From positions 1 through 64,000 of IMG/VR virus record IMGVR_UViG_3300011008_000032: a DNA stretch of 64,000 nucleotides; one strand, written 5' to 3'. How positions within the stretch are numbered: position 1 is the first letter of the stretch; each line of letters begins with the position of its first letter. Shown here piece after piece: positions 47,807 through 57,315 of this stretch. A model generated the notes under the pieces. It was not told where the DNA came from. It worked only from the letters and a program-made list of their open reading frames with translations, and did not search any database. The position numbers and the translations under genes were made by a program. This DNA is from a virus (taxonomy: Duplodnaviria; Caudoviricetes).

Positions 47807-48442
47807 ATGGAAAAAGATATTAAAGAAATATTACTCTCATTTAAAAAAAACGCTGACTGCGATGATATAGTCGTAAAAGAAAAAATCAAGCACATGCTTA
47901 TAGATAATGAATTGATTGTAGAAGTATTAGATAATCCGGATTTAGAGGGTTGTGAACCCGATGAATATCTTGGAGTAAATATACTACCCTACTATTTAAT
48001 TGAGCAGGTGCAAACACGCACTAATAATTTCATTTGCTATGAAGTCAGTTATGATATGGCTCAAAGTTATCAATATAGTAAATCACATAATGCACTTAAT
48101 TCAACTGTTAAAACCTTAAATGTAGTCTTTCATATTCTTTGTGATGAAAAAAATATTGTAGAGAGAAATACCGGTATAGCACGACATGATTTGCTTGCTG
48201 CTTTAATCATAGATCAATTTAATTGGTGTAATGAATTTGGTAGGAAGCTTATTTTAGTTTCAGATACTCCAAGTACTGTAGATAAACACTATGCTTGTAG
48301 GACTTTAGTATTTCAACAAACTACTGATAACAATATTGTTAAAACACTAGAAGATGGAGCAAGGTTTATTAATAAGGTTAATGACTACCGAAATAAAACT
48401 CATAGAGTAGAAAACGGCGAGGACAGATCTTTTAATGGCTAA
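47807..48442 (+). CDS. putative tail terminator/neck protein
   Basis: 211 aa, position upstream of tail tube gene. Confidence 0.5.
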   Translation: MEKDIKEILLSFKKNADCDDIVVKEKIKHMLIDNELIVEVLDNPDLEGCEPDEYLGVNILPYYLIEQVQTRTNNFICYEVSYDMAQSYQYSKSHNALNSTVKTLNVVFHILCDEKNIVERNTGIARHDLLAALIIDQFNWCNEFGRKLILVSDTPSTVDKHYACRTLVFQQTTDNNIVKTLEDGARFINKVNDYRNKTHRVENGEDRSFNG

Positions 48443-49244
48443 AAAGATAATTGATGGTCAAAAAGTAGACAAAAAACTTAAATTGCGGTATCCGCAAATT
48501 GAGTTTGATAAACTACAGATGTACTTTGGATTCCCATATGTAATAGATTTAGAATCTGCTGAAGGTAGTATAACCGTATCAGTTCCTACTATGAGAACTT
48601 TAATTGAATTAGGTGAAAAGCGATTTCTACAATCTATCAATATTTTTACCACTAACACTACCGAATATAGGTTGGTGTTATGGGAAGCTGGTATTGATTG
48701 GAATGAGATATCTGATTTTGAGTTATTTTGCATGTTATATAAACAAATTGATCCAGAAATATCCAAAGAGATATTAAGTGGAATTGATTTAAATGATTTT
48801 GAATTATACAAAAAAAATGAAATCATTGTTTTATATAATGAAAAATTAAATATTGAAATAAACGAGGAAGTGTATCAACACATTGCTCAATATTTACGAA
48901 TAGTATTTAGAATAACCCCTCAGGAGAAAATTACAAAGGATAAATATCTTAAAGATATGTATATCCATAAAGATCAAATGGAAGCAGAGCGGAGGAAAAA
49001 GAAGGCCGAAACCGAAGGGAATAGTACTTCTATACAACCTCTTATTTCTGCCTGTGTAAATCATCCGGGGTTTAAATACAAACTTAATGAAGTCTTAGAC
49101 TTAGGAATATATGAATTTTATGACAGCGTAGGTAGATTAAATATTTATGAAAGCACTACCGCTGTCTTGAGAGGAATGTATTCAGGGTTTGTTGACGGAT
49201 CCAAGTTCAAGTCTGATGACTTCAATTTTATGAAAGAACTTTAA
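48435..49244 (+). CDS. hypothetical tail-region protein
   Basis: 269-aa ORF. Confidence 0.75.
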   Translation: MAKKIIDGQKVDKKLKLRYPQIEFDKLQMYFGFPYVIDLESAEGSITVSVPTMRTLIELGEKRFLQSINIFTTNTTEYRLVLWEAGIDWNEISDFELFCMLYKQIDPEISKEILSGIDLNDFELYKKNEIIVLYNEKLNIEINEEVYQHIAQYLRIVFRITPQEKITKDKYLKDMYIHKDQMEAERRKKKAETEGNSTSIQPLISACVNHPGFKYKLNEVLDLGIYEFYDSVGRLNIYESTTAVLRGMYSGFVDGSKFKSDDFNFMKEL

Positions 49245-49286
49245 CAGCACAGTGCTGATAAAGAAATATTATTAGGAGGAAAAAAC

Positions 49287-50111
49287 ATGTTCAGATTAGG
49301 TAATTTCAACATTGATGAAATCATCCAGGGAACTGCCGAGAACTTCAAGGGTGAACTTCTCTTCTCTCTTGATCAGCTTTCTTCTGCATCTATCGAGATT
49401 TCTTCGGAGTCTACGGATATCACAGATAAGGCTGGTAACGTTGTTAGAACAATCTATCGTTCTAAACAGGGTACCTTTACGGCTACAAACGCATTCCTGC
49501 ATCCGCAGATCATGAATGCTGCTTCCGGATCAGATATTGAGAATGCTTCGGCTACTCATCTTGTATCTATGCCTAAGTTCCAGATTATTAAGGCTGGTGC
49601 TACTGTTACACTTGACAGTAACATAGACGACGATTCACTTAAGGTAATTGGTATCTTTGGTAATGGCGCTAACTCTGAGGCTCTTGAGAAGGATACAACT
49701 GCTTCTGAAGGTAAGTATGCATATGATGAGACCACAAAGAAGATTACTCTTCCTGATGCTGGTGAGGATATGCCGGTTAACTACCTTGTTAAGTATGATC
49801 GTAACGTTGACAACGGAATGAAGCTTGTTAATACGGCTGATAAGTTCCCGAAGACAATGGTACTTACACTCTACTGCTCATATGTTGATCCTTGTGATGA
49901 CACTCTGAAGGCTTGCTACGTTCTGCTTCCTTCATTCCAGCCTTCACCTGAGACAACAATCAACCTTAGTGCCGATGAGCAGGAAATGGACTTCAACGGA
50001 TCTATTCAGGTAGATTACTGTGGCGGAGATAAGCTCCTTTATGCTATCTACTTCCCGGATGAAGATGCTGTTAAGTCTGCAATTGCTGGAGATGACACAC
50101 CTTCGGTTTAA
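49287..50111 (+). CDS. major tail (tube) protein
   Basis: 274 aa, beta-rich, same highly expressed codon usage as MCP, strong AGGAGG RBS. Confidence 0.7.
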   Translation: MFRLGNFNIDEIIQGTAENFKGELLFSLDQLSSASIEISSESTDITDKAGNVVRTIYRSKQGTFTATNAFLHPQIMNAASGSDIENASATHLVSMPKFQIIKAGATVTLDSNIDDDSLKVIGIFGNGANSEALEKDTTASEGKYAYDETTKKITLPDAGEDMPVNYLVKYDRNVDNGMKLVNTADKFPKTMVLTLYCSYVDPCDDTLKACYVLLPSFQPSPETTINLSADEQEMDFNGSIQVDYCGGDKLLYAIYFPDEDAVKSAIAGDDTPSV

Positions 50112-50175
50112 TAGACTAAATTAAAATTTAGGAAGAGGGAGTCAATTCCCTCTTCCAATTTTTGAGGAAAATGAT

Positions 50176-50484
50176 ATGGCTCATGAAAGAAATTGTATTG
50201 TATGCGGCAGACAATATAGATATTGTCCTAAATGTAGGGAATTCGAACATTTAGAAAAATGGCATACAAATTACTGTAATGAACAATGTAAAAATGTTTC
50301 TTCGATTATTAATAGATATGCCTTTAAACATATTAATAAATCTGAAGCAAAAAAACTTTTAGAAGAAAATAATATTACAAAAGATAATAATATACTTCCA
50401 AAGTATAAAGTATATATTGATGAAATATTAACACCTGCTCCTAAGGGCAGAAAAAAGAAGAAAGTTATTGTGAATGAAGATTAA
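50176..50484 (+). CDS. small Zn-finger protein
   Basis: CIVC...CPKC...CNEQC. Confidence 0.75.
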   Translation: MAHERNCIVCGRQYRYCPKCREFEHLEKWHTNYCNEQCKNVSSIINRYAFKHINKSEAKKLLEENNITKDNNILPKYKVYIDEILTPAPKGRKKKKVIVNED

Positions 50485-50489
50485 TTTAA

Positions 50490-50548
50490 AAAGGGGATAT
50501 ATTTATTCGCAATAACGATTTGTGTTTAGATATATCCCCTTTTTTTTA
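50490..50548 (+). terminator. long-loop hairpin with U-tract
   Basis: GGGGATATAT...ATATATCCCC followed by T8. Confidence 0.65.
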
Positions 50549-50571
50549 CTTGATTAAAAGGAGTTAGGCAT

Positions 50572-50808
50572 ATGCAGAAATATGATGAATATTATAGATT
50601 TAGTACTGTTACTGGTAAAAGCTATGACATATTTAAGACCGTTAAAATACTAAATATTTTACAGGTTGCTTCATATATGGATCATGGTGTTTTCCCGGTA
50701 GATATCAAGGTTAGTCTTGATGAAAATAAAAGACGATGTTTGGTTTTTTATTTTGATAGAGAAGGATCTAAAGAAGTTTATGATAAGTGGTGCAAACACG
50801 AATTATGA
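50572..50808 (+). CDS. hypothetical protein
   Basis: 78-aa ORF, AAAGGAG RBS. Confidence 0.75.
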   Translation: MQKYDEYYRFSTVTGKSYDIFKTVKILNILQVASYMDHGVFPVDIKVSLDENKRRCLVFYFDREGSKEVYDKWCKHEL

Positions 50809-50819
50809 GGTGAACTGAA

Positions 50820-51926
50820 ATGATATATATGGATACTGCCGCTTCAACAATGCCGTCAGACGAAGTTATTAAATGTCTGAAGGATAATTTGAATATATAT
50901 GGCAATCCATCATCTCTTCATGATGAAGGAGAAAAAGCTCATAAATTAATTTCGAATACAACTGATATAATATCGAGAAAAATAAATTGCTGTAAAAGCG
51001 AGATATATTATACATCCGGCGCTACTATGAGCAATAATTTATTTATTCAAGGATTCTTAAGAGCTCATAAAAACGCTAAACTTGTAATATCTAAAATTGA
51101 ACATAATGATATTATTGAATTATCAGATTATATAGATAAACAAAAGAAATATAAATATGTATATAGAGTGCCTGTTGACTTTAATGGATTTCTTAATGTT
51201 GATTGTCTTGACACATTGTTAAAAGAATTAGATGGCAACTGTGTATTAGTTTGCATACAGGGGGCTAATGGAGAATGTGGTTCAATTCAAGACATCCAAA
51301 GAATTTCTCAAATAGTACATTCGCATGAAAATATGTATTTATTTTCTGATATGACACAATACATACCATATTATAAACTTGACGTGCGTCAAGTAAATTT
51401 AGACGGAATGTCAATGTCCGGTCAAAAAATACATTGTATTAAAGGAACTGGATTATTATATATAAAAAATGGAGTTGATATAGATCCGCTGATATTTGGA
51501 GAACAAGGATTGATTGGTGGAACTGAGAATGTACTTGGTATAGCTTGTCTAGGAACTGCATTTGATAGGATTAAATATAACCATAAAGAGTTAATCGAAA
51601 AAAGAGATTATTTTATTAAAAATATACTTGAAAAAACAAATGCAAAATTAGTAGGAAGTATGAATAATAGATTGCCTAATAATATATACATTAAAGGCGA
51701 ATATAGTGCAGAGAGCATGGTAGTCATGTTGAGTGACTTAGATGTGTGCTCTTCTGCTGGTTCTGCCTGTTCATCGAATGGAAATAAACCATCTCACGTT
51801 TTATTGGCAATGGGTTATTCTCCTGAAGATGCTAAAAAATGTATACGTTTTACTATAGATAACAATACTTCCTATCAAGACATTGACTATACAATAGATA
51901 CATTTCAAAAGCTATCAATCGTATAG
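50820..51926 (+). CDS. iscS: cysteine desulfurase (IscS/NifS, PLP-dependent class V)
   Basis: YMDTAASTM, IEH, SDMTQ, SGQKIHCIKGTG (PLP Lys), GGTEN, SAGSACSS (catalytic Cys), IRFT. Confidence 0.92.
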   Translation: MIYMDTAASTMPSDEVIKCLKDNLNIYGNPSSLHDEGEKAHKLISNTTDIISRKINCCKSEIYYTSGATMSNNLFIQGFLRAHKNAKLVISKIEHNDIIELSDYIDKQKKYKYVYRVPVDFNGFLNVDCLDTLLKELDGNCVLVCIQGANGECGSIQDIQRISQIVHSHENMYLFSDMTQYIPYYKLDVRQVNLDGMSMSGQKIHCIKGTGLLYIKNGVDIDPLIFGEQGLIGGTENVLGIACLGTAFDRIKYNHKELIEKRDYFIKNILEKTNAKLVGSMNNRLPNNIYIKGEYSAESMVVMLSDLDVCSSAGSACSSNGNKPSHVLLAMGYSPEDAKKCIRFTIDNNTSYQDIDYTIDTFQKLSIV

Positions 51927-51937
51927 AGGGAAATTTA

Positions 51938-53833
51938 ATGAAACTTTTAAGTATAATCATTCCGTGTTATAATGCGGAACCATATATAAATGAATTACTA
52001 GATGTATTAAATAAACAAATAAATGATAATGTGGAAGTTATTATTGTAGATGACGGAAGTAAAAAACCATTTACTACAGATTATAAATGGGCGAATGTAA
52101 TTAGACAAAAAAATGGTGGTGCTGCAGCTGCTCGTAATACAGGAATAGATAATGCTACCGGTGAATACATTGCATTTATTGATGCTGATGATTTAGTCGT
52201 AGATAATTACATTACCACTATTACTAAGAAAATAGAATCCGAACACTTTGATTATTGTTATCTTAGTTGGAAAGCTTTCGGAGGATGGAATTGTGATGTA
52301 AAGCTTAAAACTATAAATGATAAGTTTCCTCCATTTAATCTCTGTCTTTGGAATAGAATTTACGCCAGAGATATGATTGGAGATGTTCGTCTTAATACAA
52401 ATAAACCAATAGCTGAAGACGCTGAATTTATACGCGATGTTAAAGAAGAAGGAAAGAAAAAGGCTTTTATTGGAGAATATATGTATTTATATAGATCTAA
52501 TACTCCGAACTCTTTAACTAAACGTTTTGGCGAAGGTAAATTAGATATGCGTCGTGTTGTTTATAATTTCAAGAAAATAACTCCGGATATGGATTATTTG
52601 ATTGAAGAAACGAAAGAATTAGATAAAGTTGCCGAAGTAATTATTATGACTACAGACAACCAGATCCCCGAATTAGAACAACACGCAATGGTGATGATGC
52701 CCTCTCCTATCAAAGGAACTGAATTAAGAGGTGAGCCGACTAATCTGTTTACAAAGATAGATTTACCTATTAAAACTCAGGTTGTTATATATACATCTAA
52801 GACTTATGCAATAGGTGGGATAGAAACATTCACATATAATTTTTGTATGAATATGAAGGACTTATATGACATTATTGTCCTATATGACATTATGGATATT
52901 AACCAGATTAATAGATTACGAGAGCATGTATGTGTAATGAAAAATGATGTTACTAAAACAATTAATTGCGACACATTAATTGTCAATCGTATAACAGATA
53001 AAAATCCCCCTAATGTTATTTTTAAACAGAAGGTTCAAATGGTTCATTCGTGTAAATTAGAGAATACGTACAAGATCCCTACGGATAATGATTATCTTGT
53101 ACCAGTTTCTCGAGCTGCTTATGAATCATATAATACTACTATTCCAAATTGTCATGTTATAAATAATATGACGTATAATCCAGAGCCACGAAAAATATTA
53201 AAACTAATCTCTGCTACTCGTCTTACTTTTGAAAAGGGCGAAGATCGAATGATTAAATTGGCTCGAAAACTGGAGTCAAATAAAATACCATTTTTATGGT
53301 ATATGTTTACCGAAAAACACCTTAAAGAAAATGTACCTGAAATTATATATATGAAACCCACATTGAATATTATAGATTATATTGTCGATTCAGACTATCT
53401 TGTTCAATTATCAGACAGTGAGGGTTTTTGCTATTCTATTGTCGAGGCATTAGAATTAGGAGTTCCTGTAATAACAACTCCTATTACTGTTTTAGATGAA
53501 ATCGGATTTAAAAATGATAAGTGTGGATATACTATTCCTTTTGATGTTAATGTTTCTGATGAATTTATAAATAACCTTTATCAAAATATTCCTAAGGTTA
53601 ATTATAAATATAGTAACAAAAAACGAATTCAAGAATGGCAGAGTATTTTAGGTGATACTATTCCGGTGGGAGGATATTATTATAATGGGGATGAAATGGT
53701 TAGGGTTAAATGTATTGTGAAGTATTATAGCATGGCATTAGAGAGAGAAATTAATGTTGGGGAAATACTGGAAGTAACTCGTGAGCGAGCAAATGAATTA
53801 ACAGCTCATTCAGTTGCGACAATATTAAAATAG
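51938..53833 (+). CDS. bifunctional GT2 + GT4 glycosyltransferase
   Basis: GT2: SIIIPCYN, VDDGS, NGGAAAARNTG, FIDADD; GT4: GGIET, ATRLTFEKG, SDSEGFCYSIVEALELGVPVITT. Confidence 0.9.
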   Translation: MKLLSIIIPCYNAEPYINELLDVLNKQINDNVEVIIVDDGSKKPFTTDYKWANVIRQKNGGAAAARNTGIDNATGEYIAFIDADDLVVDNYITTITKKIESEHFDYCYLSWKAFGGWNCDVKLKTINDKFPPFNLCLWNRIYARDMIGDVRLNTNKPIAEDAEFIRDVKEEGKKKAFIGEYMYLYRSNTPNSLTKRFGEGKLDMRRVVYNFKKITPDMDYLIEETKELDKVAEVIIMTTDNQIPELEQHAMVMMPSPIKGTELRGEPTNLFTKIDLPIKTQVVIYTSKTYAIGGIETFTYNFCMNMKDLYDIIVLYDIMDINQINRLREHVCVMKNDVTKTINCDTLIVNRITDKNPPNVIFKQKVQMVHSCKLENTYKIPTDNDYLVPVSRAAYESYNTTIPNCHVINNMTYNPEPRKILKLISATRLTFEKGEDRMIKLARKLESNKIPFLWYMFTEKHLKENVPEIIYMKPTLNIIDYIVDSDYLVQLSDSEGFCYSIVEALELGVPVITTPITVLDEIGFKNDKCGYTIPFDVNVSDEFINNLYQNIPKVNYKYSNKKRIQEWQSILGDTIPVGGYYYNGDEMVRVKCIVKYYSMALEREINVGEILEVTRERANELTAHSVATILK

Positions 53834-53844
53834 GAACGTACTCG

Positions 53845-53874
53845 GGTGTCCTTCGGGCCCCGGGTCTTTTTTTG
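53845..53874 (+). terminator. Rho-independent terminator with UUCG loop
   Basis: CTCGGGTGTCC-TTCG-GGCCCCGGG followed by TCTTTTTTT. Confidence 0.75.
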
Positions 53875-53886
53875 AGGAAAAGGATT

Positions 53887-54375
53887 ATGAAAGAAACAAG
53901 ATTAGTTTCTATTGATTCATCAACAACTTCCACAGGAATTGTTTTATGGATTAATGGAAAAATTAAAGAGTATAAAAGATTAGTGCCAAAAGTTAGTCGT
54001 CCAACAGAAAAACGAATAATGGAAATGGCGAAACTTATAACTTGTACATTAGATGAATGGAAACCAATTGTTATATATGCAGAAACTCCACAGGGAAAAT
54101 CTAATATAAAATTATCAAGAATGTTAGGTCAGATACTTGGAATAATAATTGGTTGGTGCTCAAGTAATAATTGTGAATTTAACGAAGTAAATCCATCATG
54201 GTGGAGAAAATGGAATTATTGGGATCAAGGGAAACTTGAGAGAGATGATTTAAAACTACTTAGTATAAAAATGGCAAAAGAAATTCATAATATTGAAACT
54301 GATTGTGATGATTTATCTGATGCTATACATATAGGTCAGGGTGCATTAAATTATTTCGAAAGTTTAGAATTATAA
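53887..54375 (+). CDS. RuvC-like Holliday junction resolvase
   Basis: VSIDSSTTSTG, YAETPQG, DDLSDAIHIG; start revised to ATG 53887. Confidence 0.85.
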   Translation: MKETRLVSIDSSTTSTGIVLWINGKIKEYKRLVPKVSRPTEKRIMEMAKLITCTLDEWKPIVIYAETPQGKSNIKLSRMLGQILGIIIGWCSSNNCEFNEVNPSWWRKWNYWDQGKLERDDLKLLSIKMAKEIHNIETDCDDLSDAIHIGQGALNYFESLEL

Positions 54376-54385
54376 TTTGTTAAAT

Positions 54386-54445
54386 ACACGGCAACGTCAG
54401 GAAGTCATGAGCCTGACGGAAGAGTCTCCCACTCTTCTGCCGTGT
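54386..54445 (+). ncRNA. perfect three-way-junction RNA element upstream of endonuclease-like gene
   Basis: P1 ACACGGCA/TGCCGTGT, P2 CGTCAGG/CCTGACG, P3 GAAGAGT/ACTCTTC, all Watson-Crick. Confidence 0.7.
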
Positions 54446-54480
54446 TTTTATTTGGGAGTTTTATTTGGGGAGAAATAAAA

Positions 54481-55671
54481 ATGATTGATAATACAAAAGA
54501 AATAAGAGCACAATTAATAAATGATTTAAAGAATTATCTTATAAAAACTAATTATAAGATACCTGAAAATATTTCTAAAACATTTAATAGCAAGAATGGA
54601 TTAAGAGATCAATATACATATAAAAAATATCTTGGAGGAGGATTAAGTAACTGGTTAGAACTTTCTGGTATGGAATTAACATCAGATCAAAATAAGTTAA
54701 TAAATACAAGAGGAAAGAAAAAAGAATTGTCTAAAAATGAAGTTATTTATCGTATATGGGAAATGGATGAAGCTCTTGATAGATATATTATGTATGACGA
54801 TTTTAGAGATAAAAAATGGGGTGTAACTATTTCTGATATTATTAAATATTGGGGATCGGTAAATAAAATGAAAGAGGCTTTATATCTAGAAATAAATCAA
54901 GAATCTATGATGGACAAATCTCTTTCAAAAAGTGCATTTGATACAACAATAAAAAATATATCAAATTATATAAAAAATGAATTAAGTAAAGATTTTACAT
55001 CAGAATATGAATTAGATAATAATATATGTTTATTGTTTAATACGGTAAAAACCAACACTTTAAGAAAAGCATGTATAAAATATTACAACATTTCTCTACC
55101 TAAAAAGTTTTTAGAATATGGTATAAAAATGGGTACTCCGGGTAGAGGAATTAAATATACTTTTAAAGACGGAGAATTAACTACTAGTCAATTTGAATAT
55201 TTATTTTCAATTTATTTACGTAATTTGGGATTAAAATATAACATCAACTATTATAGAAATGTAAAATATAGGCAATTTATTAAAGACTATAAAGGTAATA
55301 AAAATTGTGATTATGTTATTTATTACAATGATCGAATTATATACATAGAAATAGCCGGTGTAATACGAGATTATAAAAAACTATATTATTCTAAAACATC
55401 AATAAACAGGAAATCTAAAGAGAAATATAGACTTGATTTATTGGAAAAAGAAAAAATGTTAAAAGATAATAATCTTGAGTACTATATTTTATTTCCTTGT
55501 GATTTAACAATTAATAATATTATGAATATTTTAAACACAAAAGATCCTCAAAATACTAGAGATAGAATTAATAAATTTTTCTTTAGTAATATTGATTGGA
55601 GAAAAATACGAGAAAAAGGTGAATTAAAATATTTAAATACTTCAAAAATAAAAGTAGATTATGGAGAATAA
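54481..55671 (+). CDS. free-standing homing-endonuclease-like protein (helical repeats + PD-(D/E)xK-type C-terminus)
   Basis: Repeats YKKYLGGGLSNWLELSG / IIKYWGSVNKMKEAL; C-terminal S.FE...CDYVI...IYIEIAG; start revised to ATG 54481. Confidence 0.65.
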   Translation: MIDNTKEIRAQLINDLKNYLIKTNYKIPENISKTFNSKNGLRDQYTYKKYLGGGLSNWLELSGMELTSDQNKLINTRGKKKELSKNEVIYRIWEMDEALDRYIMYDDFRDKKWGVTISDIIKYWGSVNKMKEALYLEINQESMMDKSLSKSAFDTTIKNISNYIKNELSKDFTSEYELDNNICLLFNTVKTNTLRKACIKYYNISLPKKFLEYGIKMGTPGRGIKYTFKDGELTTSQFEYLFSIYLRNLGLKYNINYYRNVKYRQFIKDYKGNKNCDYVIYYNDRIIYIEIAGVIRDYKKLYYSKTSINRKSKEKYRLDLLEKEKMLKDNNLEYYILFPCDLTINNIMNILNTKDPQNTRDRINKFFFSNIDWRKIREKGELKYLNTSKIKVDYGE

Positions 55672-55673
55672 TA

Positions 55674-56693
55674 ATGGAGAAAAACGCTCAAAGAAGTGAT
55701 GAAATTACTGATGAAATGTGGGCTGAAGTATCCAGTTTTAATAAAAAAATGGCAAATGACTATTTAGAAGCTCAGACACATTTATCAGATCAATCACTTA
55801 AACAATATAAATCTTGTTTAAAAATATTCTTTTGGTGGGTTAAGGAATATTTAGATAATAAGGATTGTGTTGATATTAAAAAAAAAGAATTTATTAAATA
55901 TCTTAACTGGTTAACCAATCGTGGATTATCCGAATCTGCAATAAAAGTTAAAAAATCATGTATAAGTGCCTTTTGTAATTATATTGTTAATTATTATGAA
56001 GATGAATATCCAACATTTAGATCTTTTGTAACTTCAGAAATGAAAGTAATACAGACAGGAAATGTGTATGAAAAGAAACCTTTAACCTCCAAGGAATATG
56101 ATGATTTATGTTTAAAATTAGAAGAACAAGAACAATGGCAAATATTAGCATGGTTAAAATTTAGCTATTCTACGGGTTGTAGACGTGCAGAATCTAGACA
56201 GCTTTTAAAGGAAGTAATAAATTATGATCCTATAATAAAAACAATATCTATTATAGATAAAGAAGGAAATAAAATTAATGTAGAATCTAAATTTTATAAG
56301 ACACATAAAATTAGATGCAAAGGACGTTCTAAAGTTGGTAAAGTACGACAACTCCAGTTTAGTCAAGATGCTATGGATGCTATAAAAAAATGGTTGGAAG
56401 TACGTGGAGATGATGATTGTCCATATGTTTTTGTAAGTAGCGATAAAAATGGATATCATCAGGTGAGTGAAACAACTTTTAATTTATGGTGTACAACTAT
56501 GCTTAGTAAATTAGTTGGGAGACGAGTGCATCCTCATCTATTAAGAGAGAGTAGAGCTACAAACATAGTTGTTGAAGAAGGTAGATCAATTGAGACGGCT
56601 CAAAAGCTGTTAGGGCATGAATCTAGTGAAACAACTACGAAACATTATGTTATTAGAGAAGATATAGAAGATGCGGATGAAGCTTTTATATAA
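55674..56693 (+). CDS. tyrosine recombinase in tail module (SPbeta YomM-like position)
   Basis: STGCRRAE, KGRSK, HPHLLRESR, LGHESSETTTKHY. Confidence 0.92.
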   Translation: MEKNAQRSDEITDEMWAEVSSFNKKMANDYLEAQTHLSDQSLKQYKSCLKIFFWWVKEYLDNKDCVDIKKKEFIKYLNWLTNRGLSESAIKVKKSCISAFCNYIVNYYEDEYPTFRSFVTSEMKVIQTGNVYEKKPLTSKEYDDLCLKLEEQEQWQILAWLKFSYSTGCRRAESRQLLKEVINYDPIIKTISIIDKEGNKINVESKFYKTHKIRCKGRSKVGKVRQLQFSQDAMDAIKKWLEVRGDDDCPYVFVSSDKNGYHQVSETTFNLWCTTMLSKLVGRRVHPHLLRESRATNIVVEEGRSIETAQKLLGHESSETTTKHYVIREDIEDADEAFI

Positions 56694-56710
56694 TGAATAA
56701 TTACATATTA

Positions 56711-57030
56711 TACAGAGCCTTTAAGGGCATTAATAAATGAAAGAAAGTCGTTAGAGTCTTTCAGCAGAAGCGGTATCTATATCAATTCTGTACTTATATT
56801 TATTTCTTTAAGAAATTTCTTAATGCCTTGTTTGCGGTGCAAGGTTTAAAAACCGCTAATGTATTATGAACTAACCGTGTGACCAAATAATCAGAGCATA
56901 ATACTTCTTATCAGCCCGTCTGATGGCGCACATTTAATCCGGTTAGTATGTTTGACCTCCGTGGGTTACGGGGTCGTTAAAATGTAGAATATAGCTCAAT
57001 AGTACGTTGGAGAGGGTTAACGCCCTCTCC
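56711..57030 (+). ncRNA. putative pseudoknotted structured RNA
   Basis: About 320 nt without a credible ORF; two H-type pseudoknots and several hairpins read from sequence. Confidence 0.5.
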
Positions 57031-57057
57031 TATTTATTTGATCAAAAGGAGAAAAAT

Positions 57058-57297
57058 ATGTTAGTTAGAATAATAGAATATAACTACAATGAAGAAGATA
57101 AATTGACAGGCGGTCAAATGCTAGCCGCTACAGAAGTTGAAAATTGTGATACTTTTTTATCTATGATGCAAAATATGAAGGGAAAAGATATTAAGATTGA
57201 CGAAGATTGGTACACGTTTGAGGGTGATTATCTTTTAAATTTTCCAAAAGATGAGGATTCTATTATGTGTCTTGATATATTTGTTTGTTGTTATTGA
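57058..57297 (+). CDS. hypothetical protein
   Basis: Start revised to ATG 57058 behind AAAAGGAG. Confidence 0.7.
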   Translation: MLVRIIEYNYNEEDKLTGGQMLAATEVENCDTFLSMMQNMKGKDIKIDEDWYTFEGDYLLNFPKDEDSIMCLDIFVCCY

Positions 57298-57315
57298 TTA
57301 AGAGGAGAATTGTGA

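Noticed and set aside
1995-51926. A complete DNA phosphorothioation (Dnd) system from the DndB-like gene plus cysteine desulfurase
   Set aside because: No DndC/D/E or SspB-D-like genes are visible. The two genes are 47 kb apart on opposite arms, and the DndB-like gene is explained by SPbeta YopQ synteny. Kept only as a testable possibility.
56985-57030. tRNA gene suggested by TAGCTCAAT (D-arm-like) followed by a GC hairpin
   Set aside because: No acceptor stem, anticodon arm or TTC loop can be built; the hairpin belongs to the GGAGAGG family.
56700-57030. tmRNA
   Set aside because: Pseudoknots are present, but there is no GGGG..-type acceptor with G3-U70, no resume codon/tag ending in a hydrophobic-AA stop, and no TTCGA T-loop.
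53887-57030. RNA-guided system (TnpB/IscB/TIGR-Tas) built from the RuvC gene and nearby structured RNAs
   Set aside because: The RuvC protein is only ~160 aa with plain resolvase motifs and no Zn-finger, bridge helix or Nop domain; no periodic repeat array was seen.
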